The notes: a model not told the origin generated them from the sequence alone. A stretch of 64,000 nt of DNA from Ktedonobacterales bacterium (GCA_035310125.1 DATGEP010000303.1:1813-65812), one strand, 5' to 3'. Shown: positions 19,350 to 29,241, counted from the first letter of the stretch. Program-made: numbers and translations.

Positions 19350-21359
19350 ATGTGTTTCTCGTTGAAGCACAGAGTCCTTCCCCACCAAATCGCTTGGACG
19401 CGCGCCATTCAGAACCGCGGCGGCACACGACGCCTGATGGAACGCAGCGCGTGCTCACTAAAGATCAGCCTGAAGAGCCGACCGACACGTAACAGCGGCC
19501 ACCGGCTGGTCTCTCTACGCAGTTGCGCCGTCTGTATCGCACCGCGGTTTCGCGCTATTTCCTGCCCAAACACCTGCCGTTCGCGGCGAAACGATGAGGA
19601 GCTGTCTATTCACCCTTTTCAGGCGCTGAGCCGCTACTGGCGGCTGCTGGCCCACTACCTACGGCCCCATTGGGCGCGGATGGGCCTGCTAGCCGTGATT
19701 CTATGCGGCACCATTTCCGTGCAGGTGGTCACGCCGCTGGTGGCGAGCCGCTTCATTGACCAGGCCACCTCCGGCGGCACTCTGCGCGAACTCACCTTCC
19801 TGGCGCTGCTGACCATAGCCCTGGCCCTGGTGGGGCAGGGCGTGGCTATCGCCGAAACGTACGTAGCCGAAAATGTGAGTTGGGCGGCCACGAACGCGCT
19901 GCGTGCCGACCTTGTCGCCCACCTACTGCGGCTGGATGCCTCATTTCACGCGGCCCGGACGCCGGGCGAGCTTATCGAGCGGGTGGACGGTGACGTGGCC
20001 ACCCTGGCCCGCTTCTTTTCACGGTTTGTGGTCTATGTGCTCGGCAACGGCATCTTGATGCTGGGCGTACTTGGGCTGCTCTATCACGTGGACTGGCGGA
20101 TAGGTTTGGGGCTGAGCGCCTTTGTCGTGCTGGCCTTGACAGCGATGCTGCGTATTCGCGCCGTTGCCACCCCTTCCTGGGCCGCGGAGCGCCAGGCCAG
20201 CGCCGATTTCTATGGGTTCCTGGGCGAATATCTGGCCGGCCTTGAGGATATCCGATCCAGCGGGGCCGGCGCATTTGTACTGCGCCGCTGCGCCGAAGTC
20301 ATGCGGTCGTGGCTGGCCGCGACGCTCAAAGCGCAGATGTGGGGCTACACGATGATCGGCACCAGCCAGGGGTTATTTGCCCTCGGCACGGCGGTCGCCT
20401 TTGCCTTGAGTGCCATGCTGTTCAAGTCCGGCACGCTGACCATTGGCACCGTCTATCTCATCTTTCAGTATACTGAGATGCTACGCCAACCGACCGAGCA
20501 AATTCGCAACGAAGTGCAGGATTTGCAACAGGCGGACGCCAGCATGGGCCGTGTCGAGGCGCTCCTGAACACGGCGCCGCGCGTGACCGACGGTCCCAGT
20601 GTCGCGCTGCCGCCCGGCCCGCTGGCGGTGGAGCTGGACGGTGTCTCATTTGGCTATGTGGAGGATGCCCCAGTCCTGCGCGATGTCAGCGTGTATCTGG
20701 CGCCGGGCCGCGTGCTGGGTGTGGTGGGGCCCACGGGCAGCGGCAAGACCACGCTGACGCGGCTTCTCCCGCGCTTTCACGATCCGCTGGCTGGTGTGGT
20801 GCGCCTGGGGGGCGTGGATCTGCGGACAGTCCGCCTCGCGGCGGTGCGCGCGCGCATCGGCCTCGTCACCCAGGAGGTACACCTCTTCAACGCCAGCGTG
20901 CGCGACAATCTCACCCTCTTCGACGACGGCGTGCCAGATGACCGGATCAGCGCTGTGCTGGAGATTCTGGGCATGGGTGGTTGGCTGCGGGAGCTGCCGC
21001 GCGGGCTGGACACTCTGCTGGGACCCAGCGGCGCTGGACTCTCCGCCGGGCAGGCCCAGGTGCTGGCCTGTGCACGCATCTTCCTGCGCGACCCCGACGT
21101 AGTGATTCTGGACGAGGCGTCTTCGCGCCTCGACCCGGCCACGGAGCGACTGGTGCATATAGCGCTGGGCCGGCTGCTCGACGGCCGTACCGGAATCATT
21201 GTGGCGCACCGGCTGACCACGCTCTCTTACGCCGACGACATTCTTGTCCTGGAGGACGGGCAGGTGCGCGAGCACGGGCCGCGGCTTGCCCTCGCCGCCG
21301 ATCCCACCTCACGCTTTGCCGGATTGTTGCGGGTCGCCGCGGAGGAGGTCGCCTTATGA
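19350..21359 (+). CDS. ABC exporter, fused permease/ATPase subunit 1 (type I exporter fold); true start probably near 19600
   Basis: Walker [10 protein letters not shown], signature LSAGQAQ, Walker B VILDEAS and H-loop IVAHRL. The conserved N-terminus begins at [23 protein letters not shown]. The first ~85 codons of the ORF look non-coding. Confidence 0.9.
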   Translation: MCFSLKHRVLPHQIAWTRAIQNRGGTRRLMERSACSLKISLKSRPTRNSGHRLVSLRSCAVCIAPRFRAISCPNTCRSRRNDEELSIHPFQALSRYWRLLAHYLRPHWARMGLLAVILCGTISVQVVTPLVASRFIDQATSGGTLRELTFLALLTIALALVGQGVAIAETYVAENVSWAATNALRADLVAHLLRLDASFHAARTPGELIERVDGDVATLARFFSRFVVYVLGNGILMLGVLGLLYHVDWRIGLGLSAFVVLALTAMLRIRAVATPSWAAERQASADFYGFLGEYLAGLEDIRSSGAGAFVLRRCAEVMRSWLAATLKAQMWGYTMIGTSQGLFALGTAVAFALSAMLFKSGTLTIGTVYLIFQYTEMLRQPTEQIRNEVQDLQQADASMGRVEALLNTAPRVTDGPSVALPPGPLAVELDGVSFGYVEDAPVLRDVSVYLAPGRVLGVVGPTGSGKTTLTRLLPRFHDPLAGVVRLGGVDLRTVRLAAVRARIGLVTQEVHLFNASVRDNLTLFDDGVPDDRISAVLEILGMGGWLRELPRGLDTLLGPSGAGLSAGQAQVLACARIFLRDPDVVILDEASSRLDPATERLVHIALGRLLDGRTGIIVAHRLTTLSYADDILVLEDGQVREHGPRLALAADPTSRFAGLLRVAAEEVAL

Positions 21360-23137
21360 AGCCGCTCCCGACGTGGCGCTATCTGGCGAAAATGGCCCGC
21401 TACACGCCCCGGCTCTACCCGCTCCACACGATGTTGTGGAGCGTGATGAATCTATCGTCGCTGCTGGTGGGACTGATCGCTCGCGCTTTCTTCGACACGC
21501 TCACCAGGCAGGCACACCTGCCCGTAGGCCCGACGGGGCTGATCGTGCTGCTGGCGGCGCTCGCCGTGGGCCGTGCGGCGCTGTGGCTCACCGCTGGCTT
21601 TGTCGAGATCATCCTCCGGTTCACGATGAGCGGGCTGGTGCGCCGCAACCTGCTACGGCACATCCTGGGCCGTCCGGGCGCCCATGCTCTACCATACTCC
21701 ATCGGCGAGACCATCAGCCGCTTTCGCGACGATGCCTATCAGGCCGAGGACAGTCTGGATTGGACCGACGAGATTGCGAGCAACGGCCTGTTTGCCGTGG
21801 TGGCGTTCCTGGTGCTCCTGCATATCAACGCCCGCATGACCCTGATCGCCATCCTGCCGCTCGTGCTCGTGGTGGCGGTAGCGCGACGGGCCAGCACCAT
21901 GCTGGGCCGCTACCGTGCCGCCAGCAGCCAGGCCACCAGCCAGGTCACTGGTGCTATTGGCGATATCCTGGCAGCGGTGCAGACGGTGCAGGCGGCAGGC
22001 GCCGAAGAGCGAACTGTGGCCCGCTTCCGCCAGCTGAACGAACAGCGCCGTACGACGATGCTAGCCGACCGCCTGATGACGCAGGTTCTGGACGCGATTA
22101 CGGCCAACACGGTGAGCGTGGGCACGGGTCTGATCATGCTGCTGGCCGCCGGCAGCCTGCGCGCCGGCAGCCTGACGGTCGGCGACTTTGTCCTATTTGT
22201 CTCCTACCTGGGCTTCATCGCCGACTTCACCGACGGACTTGGCCGGTTCCTTGCCCACTACAAACAGACCGGAGTCGCGTTCGCACGCATGGGGGTCTTA
22301 CTCAGCGGTGCGCCGCCGGATGCGCTGGTGGCGCCCACCCCGCTGCACCTGCGCGGACCCCTGCCTGCAGTTCCGCCGCCAGCGCGCAGCGCGACCGACC
22401 GGCTGGCCCTCGTGGAGGTGCGCGAGTTGACCTATCGCCACCCACAGTCAGGGCGCGGTATCGCCGGGGTAGACCTGCGACTGCCGCGCGGCACACTGAC
22501 AGTGGTGACAGGTCGCGTCGGCGCGGGCAAGACCACGCTGCTGCGGGCGCTCCTGGGCTTGCTGCCCCTGGATGCGGGCGAGATCCGGTGGAACGGCCAT
22601 GTCGTTGGCGACGCGGCCTCCTTCTTTGCGCCGCCCCGCGCGGCGTACACGGCGCAGGTGCCGCGCCTGTTCAGTGAAACACTCAAGCAGAACATTCTTT
22701 TGGGGCTACCCGACGACCATGCGAACCTGGCCGCCGCCATACGGGGCGCCGTCCTGGAGCACGACGTGCGGACGTTGGAGGCGGGGCTGGAGACGCCGGT
22801 GGGCACCCGTGGCGTCAAGCTCTCAGGCGGCCAGGTGCAGCGCACGGCGGCGGCGCGCATGCTGGCGCACGGCGCCGAGCTACTGGTGATAGACGACCTG
22901 TCCAGCGCGCTGGATGTCGAGACAGAGCGTATGTTGTGGGAACGTCTGTTCACAAGCGGCGAGGTGACGTGCCTGGCGGTCTCGCACCGGCGCGGCGCGC
23001 TGCGCCGCGCCGACCACATCGTCGTATTGAAGGAGGGGCATATAGATGCCCAGGGTACGCTTGTCTACTTGCTGGCGAATTGCGCGGAGATGCGGTCTCT
23101 GTGGCACGACGCGGACGATCCTGACGCCCCGATGTAA
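21356..23137 (+). CDS. ABC exporter, fused permease/ATPase subunit 2 (degenerate-site partner)
   Basis: The ATG overlaps the subunit-1 stop (ATGA at 21356-21359) and GGAGGAGG lies upstream. Walker [10 protein letters not shown], signature LSGGQVQ, Walker B LVIDDLS (Asp in place of the catalytic Glu). Confidence 0.9.
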   Translation: MKPLPTWRYLAKMARYTPRLYPLHTMLWSVMNLSSLLVGLIARAFFDTLTRQAHLPVGPTGLIVLLAALAVGRAALWLTAGFVEIILRFTMSGLVRRNLLRHILGRPGAHALPYSIGETISRFRDDAYQAEDSLDWTDEIASNGLFAVVAFLVLLHINARMTLIAILPLVLVVAVARRASTMLGRYRAASSQATSQVTGAIGDILAAVQTVQAAGAEERTVARFRQLNEQRRTTMLADRLMTQVLDAITANTVSVGTGLIMLLAAGSLRAGSLTVGDFVLFVSYLGFIADFTDGLGRFLAHYKQTGVAFARMGVLLSGAPPDALVAPTPLHLRGPLPAVPPPARSATDRLALVEVRELTYRHPQSGRGIAGVDLRLPRGTLTVVTGRVGAGKTTLLRALLGLLPLDAGEIRWNGHVVGDAASFFAPPRAAYTAQVPRLFSETLKQNILLGLPDDHANLAAAIRGAVLEHDVRTLEAGLETPVGTRGVKLSGGQVQRTAAARMLAHGAELLVIDDLSSALDVETERMLWERLFTSGEVTCLAVSHRRGALRRADHIVVLKEGHIDAQGTLVYLLANCAEMRSLWHDADDPDAPM

Positions 23138-23148
23138 GCCCAACATAC

Positions 23149-23178
23149 GCCCTCTCCCCGGCGGGGGAGAGGGCGTTT
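23149..23178. terminator. Hairpin terminator between the convergent ABC and S9 peptidase genes
   Basis: 11-bp perfect stem GCCCTCTCCCC / GGGGAGAGGGC with a 4-nt loop, followed by GTTTGCG. Confidence 0.65.
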
Positions 23179-23192
23179 GCGCGTGCGGTTTC

Positions 23193-25082
23193 CTACTGAT
23201 GTGTGTGGTGGTGCGCGTGCAGGTGCTTCACCAGGAACTCCGCCGCCAGCCAGTAGCCGCGCAGCAGGTTGGTGCGTTTGGCGAAACCGTGGCCCTCGTC
23301 CTCGAAGACGACATACTCCACCTCGCGGCCAAGGTGGCGCAGCCGCTCCACCATCTGATCCGACTCCGCCCGCACGACGCGGGGATCATTGCCGCCCTGC
23401 AATACAAGCAGCGGCGCCCGCACGTTGTCCACATAGGTGATCGGCGAGCGCTCGCGCAGCAGATCCTCATCAGTGTCAGGGTCGCCTACCCAATCCGCCA
23501 TCATACGGCGCCAGGTCGGCGGGACACTGCGGGCGAAAGTGAGCAGATTGCTTGGGCCGACGATATCCACCGCCGCCGCCCAGTACTCCGGCAGTCGCGC
23601 GACGGCTGAGAGTGTCGCGAAGCCGCCGAAGCTGCCACCGTAGACGCCGACGCGGTGCGGTGCCACCCACGGCAACGACCGCGCGTACTGCGCCGCCGCC
23701 TCGATGTCCTTCAATTCCGCGCCGCCCCAATCGCGGTGGATCAACTTCTGATAGGATGCGCCATAGCCAGTGCTGCCCCGGATATTCGGTGCGAGCACGG
23801 CGATGCCGCGTTTGAGCAGGTATTGATAGAATGCGCGAAACTCGACGCGCTCTTGAAATTCCGGGCCGCCATGGATCGAGACCACGAGCGCCCCCTGGTG
23901 ATGCTCCGACGCCTCTCGTGGCCGATAGAGCCACGCGGGAATCTCACGCCCGTCGAAGGTGGGGTAGGAAACCAGTTCTGGTGCGACCAGCTCATCAGAC
24001 GCCAGGCCACCGAGCATGCCATAGGTCAGCCGGCGCAGCAGCGGTGTCGCATGCGCGGCGATCTCGCCCAGGCTAACAACGTAGATTTCCGCCGGCGCCG
24101 TCGCCGCATTGATGCGCAGCGCCAGCGTCTGTCCGTCCGGCGCGAGATCCAGCGCCTCGATGACGCCGCGCGGCAGTCCGACTACGTGCATCGCCGTCTC
24201 ATCGCCATCGCGCAAATAGAGCTGGCTCTCCCCGCTCTCGTTCTGCACCCACACCATGCGGCGCCCGTCCTTGCTCAGCGCCAAATCCTCCACATCCCAT
24301 TCCGGCGCCAGCACCCAGCGCAGCTCCTCGCTTGCCAGCTCATAGAGGGCCACGCCCTTGAACTCGCGCCCACGGTCAAGCAGCACATAGAAGCCTGAGC
24401 TATCCGGCAGCCACGGCCCCGGCATCACGACGAACGTATCCTCATGCGGCAGCGCCTCGTGCGCTTCGCCCGTTTCCATATCAATCAGCCACAGGTGGAT
24501 ATCTGTATTGCCACGCACATCCGCCACCGTCAGGTAGCGCCCATCCGGCGACCAATTCACCGGCGCGTTCGCTCGCCCGTTCGCCAGCGCCCGCCGCATC
24601 TCGCCAGTTGTGATGTCGCAGAGCAGCACGTCAGCGTCAGTCGGCTCGCGGTCGTTGCCGGCAAAGGCGAGGTAGCGCCCATCCGGCGAGAGACCGTCCG
24701 CGGAAAGCTCGTACTGCACGTCCGGCCGGTGCGTGAAGTAGCGGACGGCGCCGCCCGTTGCCGGAACCGCGAAGATCTGGTATTGCTCGTTGCCATCCAC
24801 ATCGGCCATGCCCAGGATCTCGCCCGAAGGCGCCCAGACGATGCCGCGCACCGATTCGCGCTCGAACATCGTCACCTGCGACGGCCAGCCGCCGGTCACC
24901 GGCTGGCGCCAGATGTTGAGCTGACCGGAGGTATTGACGATATACGCGACTTCATGCCCATCGGGCGACAGCGCCAAATTGCCAAAGTGCGTCCGAACGG
25001 CGAAGTAGCGCTCGAAATCCACTTGTCGTGTCGCTGCGTCGCTGGTTGCCGTCGCTATTGGATCATCGCTCACCACAAGCAC
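23193..25082 (-). CDS. S9 prolyl oligopeptidase-family serine peptidase with an N-terminal beta-propeller
   Basis: 629 aa. Nucleophile elbow GGSFGGF, repeated SPDG propeller strands and EDEGHGF. His-rich C-terminus HLHAHHHTHQ. GTG start with nearby alternative GTGs. Confidence 0.9.
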   Translation of the reverse strand: MLVVSDDPIATATSDAATRQVDFERYFAVRTHFGNLALSPDGHEVAYIVNTSGQLNIWRQPVTGGWPSQVTMFERESVRGIVWAPSGEILGMADVDGNEQYQIFAVPATGGAVRYFTHRPDVQYELSADGLSPDGRYLAFAGNDREPTDADVLLCDITTGEMRRALANGRANAPVNWSPDGRYLTVADVRGNTDIHLWLIDMETGEAHEALPHEDTFVVMPGPWLPDSSGFYVLLDRGREFKGVALYELASEELRWVLAPEWDVEDLALSKDGRRMVWVQNESGESQLYLRDGDETAMHVVGLPRGVIEALDLAPDGQTLALRINAATAPAEIYVVSLGEIAAHATPLLRRLTYGMLGGLASDELVAPELVSYPTFDGREIPAWLYRPREASEHHQGALVVSIHGGPEFQERVEFRAFYQYLLKRGIAVLAPNIRGSTGYGASYQKLIHRDWGGAELKDIEAAAQYARSLPWVAPHRVGVYGGSFGGFATLSAVARLPEYWAAAVDIVGPSNLLTFARSVPPTWRRMMADWVGDPDTDEDLLRERSPITYVDNVRAPLLVLQGGNDPRVVRAESDQMVERLRHLGREVEYVVFEDEGHGFAKRTNLLRGYWLAAEFLVKHLHAHHHTHQ

Positions 25083-25216
25083 TCCCTCTTGCGAATCTCA
25101 GCGCTCCCATCATTGTTGGCCATCCCCGGCACGAGCGCCGCGCGCTGATTGTAGCACAACCGTACGGCGGCGCCGGTAGCGACTAGTCCGGAATTCTGCC
25201 AGCATGCGACAGGCAG

Positions 25217-25225
25217 TGCTACAAT
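25217..25225 (+). promoter_or_regulatory. Extended -10 promoter box TGCTACAAT
   Basis: It lies 67 nt upstream of the ATG at 25292. The same TGcTAYART box recurs at 43005, 48473 and 61851(-). Confidence 0.35.
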
Positions 25226-25291
25226 GAGCCGGGCCATTTCAGCGCGCACAGTGCGCGCCGCGAGATCAATCGGCCGCAGGAGGGTGAGGAG

Positions 25292-26476
25292 ATGGCGGAG
25301 CAACAGCATACGCCTATGCTTTCCCAGGCGCGGCCAGCCGCGCCTGGGCCGCCCGCGTCGCCACGTTCCCGCGCATGGTGGAGCGCGGCGCTGCTCATCT
25401 TCTGCGCGTTCGCCGTTCTAGGGGCGGTTCCCGCCGTGCTCTCTGGCGACCTGCTCGGTGTGTGGCGTCTCGGCGGTTTCGGCAGTGCCGTCCCGCCGCC
25501 CGCGCCCACGGCAACGCCCGCGCCAGACCTGGCGCTGCCCCGTCAGGCGTGGATTGCCGTCGCGGCGCACGTGCTGCCCCAGCCAGGCAATGGCGCGTCG
25601 CTCGCGCTGCTGGAGCCGGGCTTTCCGGTCACACTCACCGCGCATCACCACGGCAACGGCGCATCCTGGTCACGCATTCAATGGGGCGGGCCAACCTCCA
25701 ACGCGGGCGGCACCGGCTGGGTGCCGGACGGAGCGCTCGTCGGGTATGACTCCGGCACGCGGCCCCTTGGCGACCTCGGCGCGCTCTCGCCCGCGCTGGG
25801 CGGCACTGTTGCCGGATACAAAGGAAACTTCGCCGCCGCTGTCTATTTCCCCGATACGGGGCAGCTCTATCGCGCCAACGCCGATCAACCCGTCACCCTT
25901 GGCGATGCCTTCCGTCCAATATTGCTGGCGGCGGCTTTCGCCGCCGCCGAACGGCAGCACGTGGCTGCGCCCACGACGAATGCCACATCCCTGGTCGCGC
26001 GAGTCGCCACCGGCGACGCCGTGGCGACGGCCACCCTTTATGAGCAGTTGGGCGACGCGCCCGGCACCATCCGCTTCCTCGCCACCGCTGGCATCACCGG
26101 CATCGCCCCGGCGCCGCTCGATTGGGCCGCCTCGCGGGGCACTCCCACCGCATTGCTCCAGCTGTACACTCTGCTCGCTACAGGCAGCCTGCTCAACGAT
26201 GCCGACCGTGCGAGTATGCTGGCGCTTCTCGCGCATGCCAGCGCCGCGACTGGCTCACTGCTCGATGCGCAGACGCTTGGCGGCGGCTTCCTCGTCAACG
26301 CCCCCACTACTACCGGCGGCAGCGCGGCACTGCTGGTCAGCGGCATTGTCGCACCGAGCGGCGGCCCGCGTTATGTCGTCGCCGTCACCATCACCGGCCA
26401 GTCCAGCCCCACCGCCGCGCGGGAGGCGCTCGCCGCCTTCTTCCAGCGACTCACCGCGGTGCTCGCCCACCCCTGA
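25292..26476 (+). CDS. Membrane-anchored SH3b-like plus class-A beta-lactamase-fold protein, apparently catalytically degenerate
   Basis: N-terminal TM WWSAALLIFCAFAVLGAVPAVL. An SH3b-like segment ends in WSRIQWGG...GWVPDGALV. The C-terminal half aligns by eye to the Beta-lactamase2 fold, but reads LGDAFRPILLAAAF where xSxxK is expected. Confidence 0.55.
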   Translation: MAEQQHTPMLSQARPAAPGPPASPRSRAWWSAALLIFCAFAVLGAVPAVLSGDLLGVWRLGGFGSAVPPPAPTATPAPDLALPRQAWIAVAAHVLPQPGNGASLALLEPGFPVTLTAHHHGNGASWSRIQWGGPTSNAGGTGWVPDGALVGYDSGTRPLGDLGALSPALGGTVAGYKGNFAAAVYFPDTGQLYRANADQPVTLGDAFRPILLAAAFAAAERQHVAAPTTNATSLVARVATGDAVATATLYEQLGDAPGTIRFLATAGITGIAPAPLDWAASRGTPTALLQLYTLLATGSLLNDADRASMLALLAHASAATGSLLDAQTLGGGFLVNAPTTTGGSAALLVSGIVAPSGGPRYVVAVTITGQSSPTAAREALAAFFQRLTAVLAHP

Positions 26477-26763
26477 CGCCACGCCCTGATGCATCCACCG
26501 CATCGCCAGTAATTCTGCCGCGCCTACGCAGATATGCGTACTGTGTATAAGTATAAACACGACGAAAGTGATTACTTTCTCTTTACAATCTCAACCTCTT
26601 CTTAATGTCGCCTAGCCCCTGCTGACCGCCCCAGACAAGTACACTTTCATCAGAGGTTCGTTCACGCGGCAGGCGCTTTGATCGGGCGAAATATGGCGTT
26701 CCTGAGTACGAGGGTGGCCGCAAGGCCAGCGGCACATGGCAGAAGTGTGGGGGTAGCACTCGA

Positions 26764-27681
26764 ATGGCTCATACATCACAGCGTTGGGGCTGCGGCGAAG
26801 AGCTGGCGGAACGTCTGCACTGGCATGCTCATTCCAGTCTCCGGCAAGGCGAGGACTGCTCCTTTTTGATCTTCCGTCCGCTTGAGGGCAAGGCGCGAGC
26901 GGAGAAGGGTCACCGGGCGGACGCCTGCGATCCGCTGCCCGCGCTGGCCGAGCGCATCCGTCCACATGTCCGTCACTCGGATACATTGGAGCTGGACCCA
27001 TGCAACGCGGTGGCCATCGTCCTGCACGCGGCTGGCCAGCAGGGGACGCATGCGGTATTTCAGCGGCTGCGCGAGCTGCTCACCGCGCCACCGCTTCCCA
27101 ACGACCGCACCTTCACGATTGCCATCGGGCATGCCAGCGGTGCCACCGAGAGCGGCGACGAGCGAACCATCGCCAACACGATCCGCGACGCATGGAAGCC
27201 CCGCATGTTACTGAATGTCGCGCTCTCCATCGTTCCGGAGCAGCACGCGCCCCATCCTGTCAGTACGATGTCCCAGCTCGCGGAGCCCGGGGAGCGTAAG
27301 CGGAAGGCTGCGCCGCTGCCCGATGTGGCGCCTACTCGCTCCACACGCCGGGCGCATCTACGCCTCATCGCTCTGCAGTCTCCCGCGCAGCCGGTGGACG
27401 AAGGCTTACGCACGCGGGCGCACGAGCTCGGCGTGCCTTTCGTGCAGCTCCCCGCGCGGCTACCGGCCAGTTGTCGGAGCGCCATCGCCCCGGAGCTGGC
27501 GCGCGAGCTGAGCGCCGTACCCATCGGACGCTCGCGCAGTATGCTGACCGTCGCCATGCACGATCCACGCGATGCAACCGCTGTGCTGCGGCTGCGCACG
27601 GCTACCGGCCTGGCAATCTTCCCCGTGCTCGCCGCCCCAGAGGAGCTTGAGCGCGCGCTCCATCAGATCGCCCGCTCGTGA
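26764..27681 (+). CDS. Degenerate GGDEF-like domain fused to a GspE_N (T2SSE N-terminal/MshEN-type) domain
   Basis: N-terminal half follows the GGDEF-fold pattern (SFLIFRPLE...LAERIRPHVRHSDTLELDPCNAVAIVL...FTIAIGHAS) without GGDEF. C-terminus LARELSAVPIGRSRSMLTVAMHDPRDATAVLRLRTATGLAIFPVLAAPEELERAL resembles GspE_N. Confidence 0.5.
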   Translation: MAHTSQRWGCGEELAERLHWHAHSSLRQGEDCSFLIFRPLEGKARAEKGHRADACDPLPALAERIRPHVRHSDTLELDPCNAVAIVLHAAGQQGTHAVFQRLRELLTAPPLPNDRTFTIAIGHASGATESGDERTIANTIRDAWKPRMLLNVALSIVPEQHAPHPVSTMSQLAEPGERKRKAAPLPDVAPTRSTRRAHLRLIALQSPAQPVDEGLRTRAHELGVPFVQLPARLPASCRSAIAPELARELSAVPIGRSRSMLTVAMHDPRDATAVLRLRTATGLAIFPVLAAPEELERALHQIARS

Positions 27682-27978
27682 GCCATACGGACGCGGGCCG
27701 GCGCACGGTACAGAATGCGGGTTGAAGCCCTGGCACTTCTCCAACGCCACAGCCTCACTCGATGCCAGGCACACGGTGACATACCGTGAGCCGGGCTGGC
27801 GGCATACGAGCGCATGGAAGGATTCCGCACAACTGGGCCACAGCACTTTCGGGGCGGCCTGACAGGGCGTATAATAGCCTTGTCATCTTTGGCACTTATT
27901 CGGCGTCACGCCGTCACATGCTACGATATATCTGCCCTCCGCGCCGCCCGCGCTGTTGAGGGGGAAGGAAAATGACGA

Positions 27979-29241
27979 ATGGGCCGTATGATGTATCGCG
28001 GCGGCCAGGGAACGATGGGGACAATTCCTGGCGGTCCGCTCGGTAAGGCGCGCTTTGCGATGGCGAACGGGCGTTTCGATGAAGCGGAGCGCATCTGTCG
28101 CAAGCGGCTGGAGCGCAATCCAGAAGATTCCGCCGCGCGTCTGCTGCTGGCGCAGGCGCTGCTCCAGCAAGGGCAGATCGCGGACGCTGCCAGGGAGGCA
28201 CGCCGTGTGACACGCGAGCAGCCTACGAATGCGGATGCGCACCTGGTCCTCTCCGGTGCGGTAATGCAGACAGCGGGGCCGCTGGGCCGGATTCCCGCCG
28301 AGGCGGAGACAGCGGCGCGGCGAGCGGTGCAGCTTCAGCCGAAGGCAGCGAAAACACACGTGCAGCTCGCCGAGATTCTGGCGGCGAAGAAGGACCTGGC
28401 CGGCGCCCGCGCTGAGGCGGACGAGGCGATCAAGCTGGAGCCGCGGCTGGCGGGGGCGCATCTCATGCGCGCGGTCGTGCTGCTCTCCGACAAGGATCCG
28501 AATGGCGCGATCCAGTCCAGCGATTCGGCGCTGCGCTATGACCGCACGATGGCGCAGGCAGAGCTGGTGAAGGCCAACGCACTGCTGGAAGTCAGGCGCT
28601 ACGACGACGCGCTGACCGCGCTGGATACGGCGGAACGGGGCAATCCGGCGCTGCTGGCTGGCGGCAACGGGCGGGCGCTGCGCGGGCGCATCTACTTCAA
28701 GAAGCGTGAGTACAAGCGCGCCTATGCGCAGTTTTACTCGGCGCAGATGATGTCGGGCCGGCTGAAGTTTCTGGCGCCGGTGATCTCAGCCATCAACATG
28801 GTGCTCGTGGGCTTGTTTGGGCAAAACGCGGCGATGGCGTGGGGGGTGCTGCTCGCCATCATCCTCGTCGCGATCCTGTCCGGCATCTCCCTCATTCCCG
28901 TGGCGGGCGCGTGGATCGCCGGGGTGCTGGTGCTGGCCGTAGTGGGCGTTGGAATCTTCGGTTTCCTGCGGCAGACGCGCGGCACGCTCCTGCCGGGGGC
29001 AGTGGGGGCGAAAGTGACGACACTGGTGGCCATTTTGATGGCGTTCCTGGTAGGGGCCGCGCTGGCGCTGCTGATCATCGGTACGCTGAGCAGCAACGTG
29101 TTCCACATCCACGCCTGGTTCTCGCCAATCACGATGGTGGTGGCGGGTATCGTCGGGCTGGCGCTGGCGGGGGTCGCGGCGTACTTCTGGCCGAAAGCGA
29201 CGGCCCGCTATGCTGGTGGCGGCGGGCGGGCGGCGGCGTAG
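27979..29241 (+). CDS. TPR-repeat protein with a C-terminal multi-pass membrane domain
   Basis: 420 aa. TPRs occupy the first ~250 aa and 4-5 hydrophobic segments follow (LAPVISAINMVLVGLF, VLLAIILVAILSGISLIPVAGAWIAGVLVLAVVGVGIFGF and others). Confidence 0.8.
   Translation: MGRMMYRGGQGTMGTIPGGPLGKARFAMANGRFDEAERICRKRLERNPEDSAARLLLAQALLQQGQIADAAREARRVTREQPTNADAHLVLSGAVMQTAGPLGRIPAEAETAARRAVQLQPKAAKTHVQLAEILAAKKDLAGARAEADEAIKLEPRLAGAHLMRAVVLLSDKDPNGAIQSSDSALRYDRTMAQAELVKANALLEVRRYDDALTALDTAERGNPALLAGGNGRALRGRIYFKKREYKRAYAQFYSAQMMSGRLKFLAPVISAINMVLVGLFGQNAAMAWGVLLAIILVAILSGISLIPVAGAWIAGVLVLAVVGVGIFGFLRQTRGTLLPGAVGAKVTTLVAILMAFLVGAALALLIIGTLSSNVFHIHAWFSPITMVVAGIVGLALAGVAAYFWPKATARYAGGGGRAAA

Noticed and set aside
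19093-19600. Riboswitch (for example cobalamin) in the ~500-nt region before the ABC exporter.
   Set aside because: I could identify only small palindromes such as GGCCATTGATGGCC, with no B12 box or other riboswitch core.
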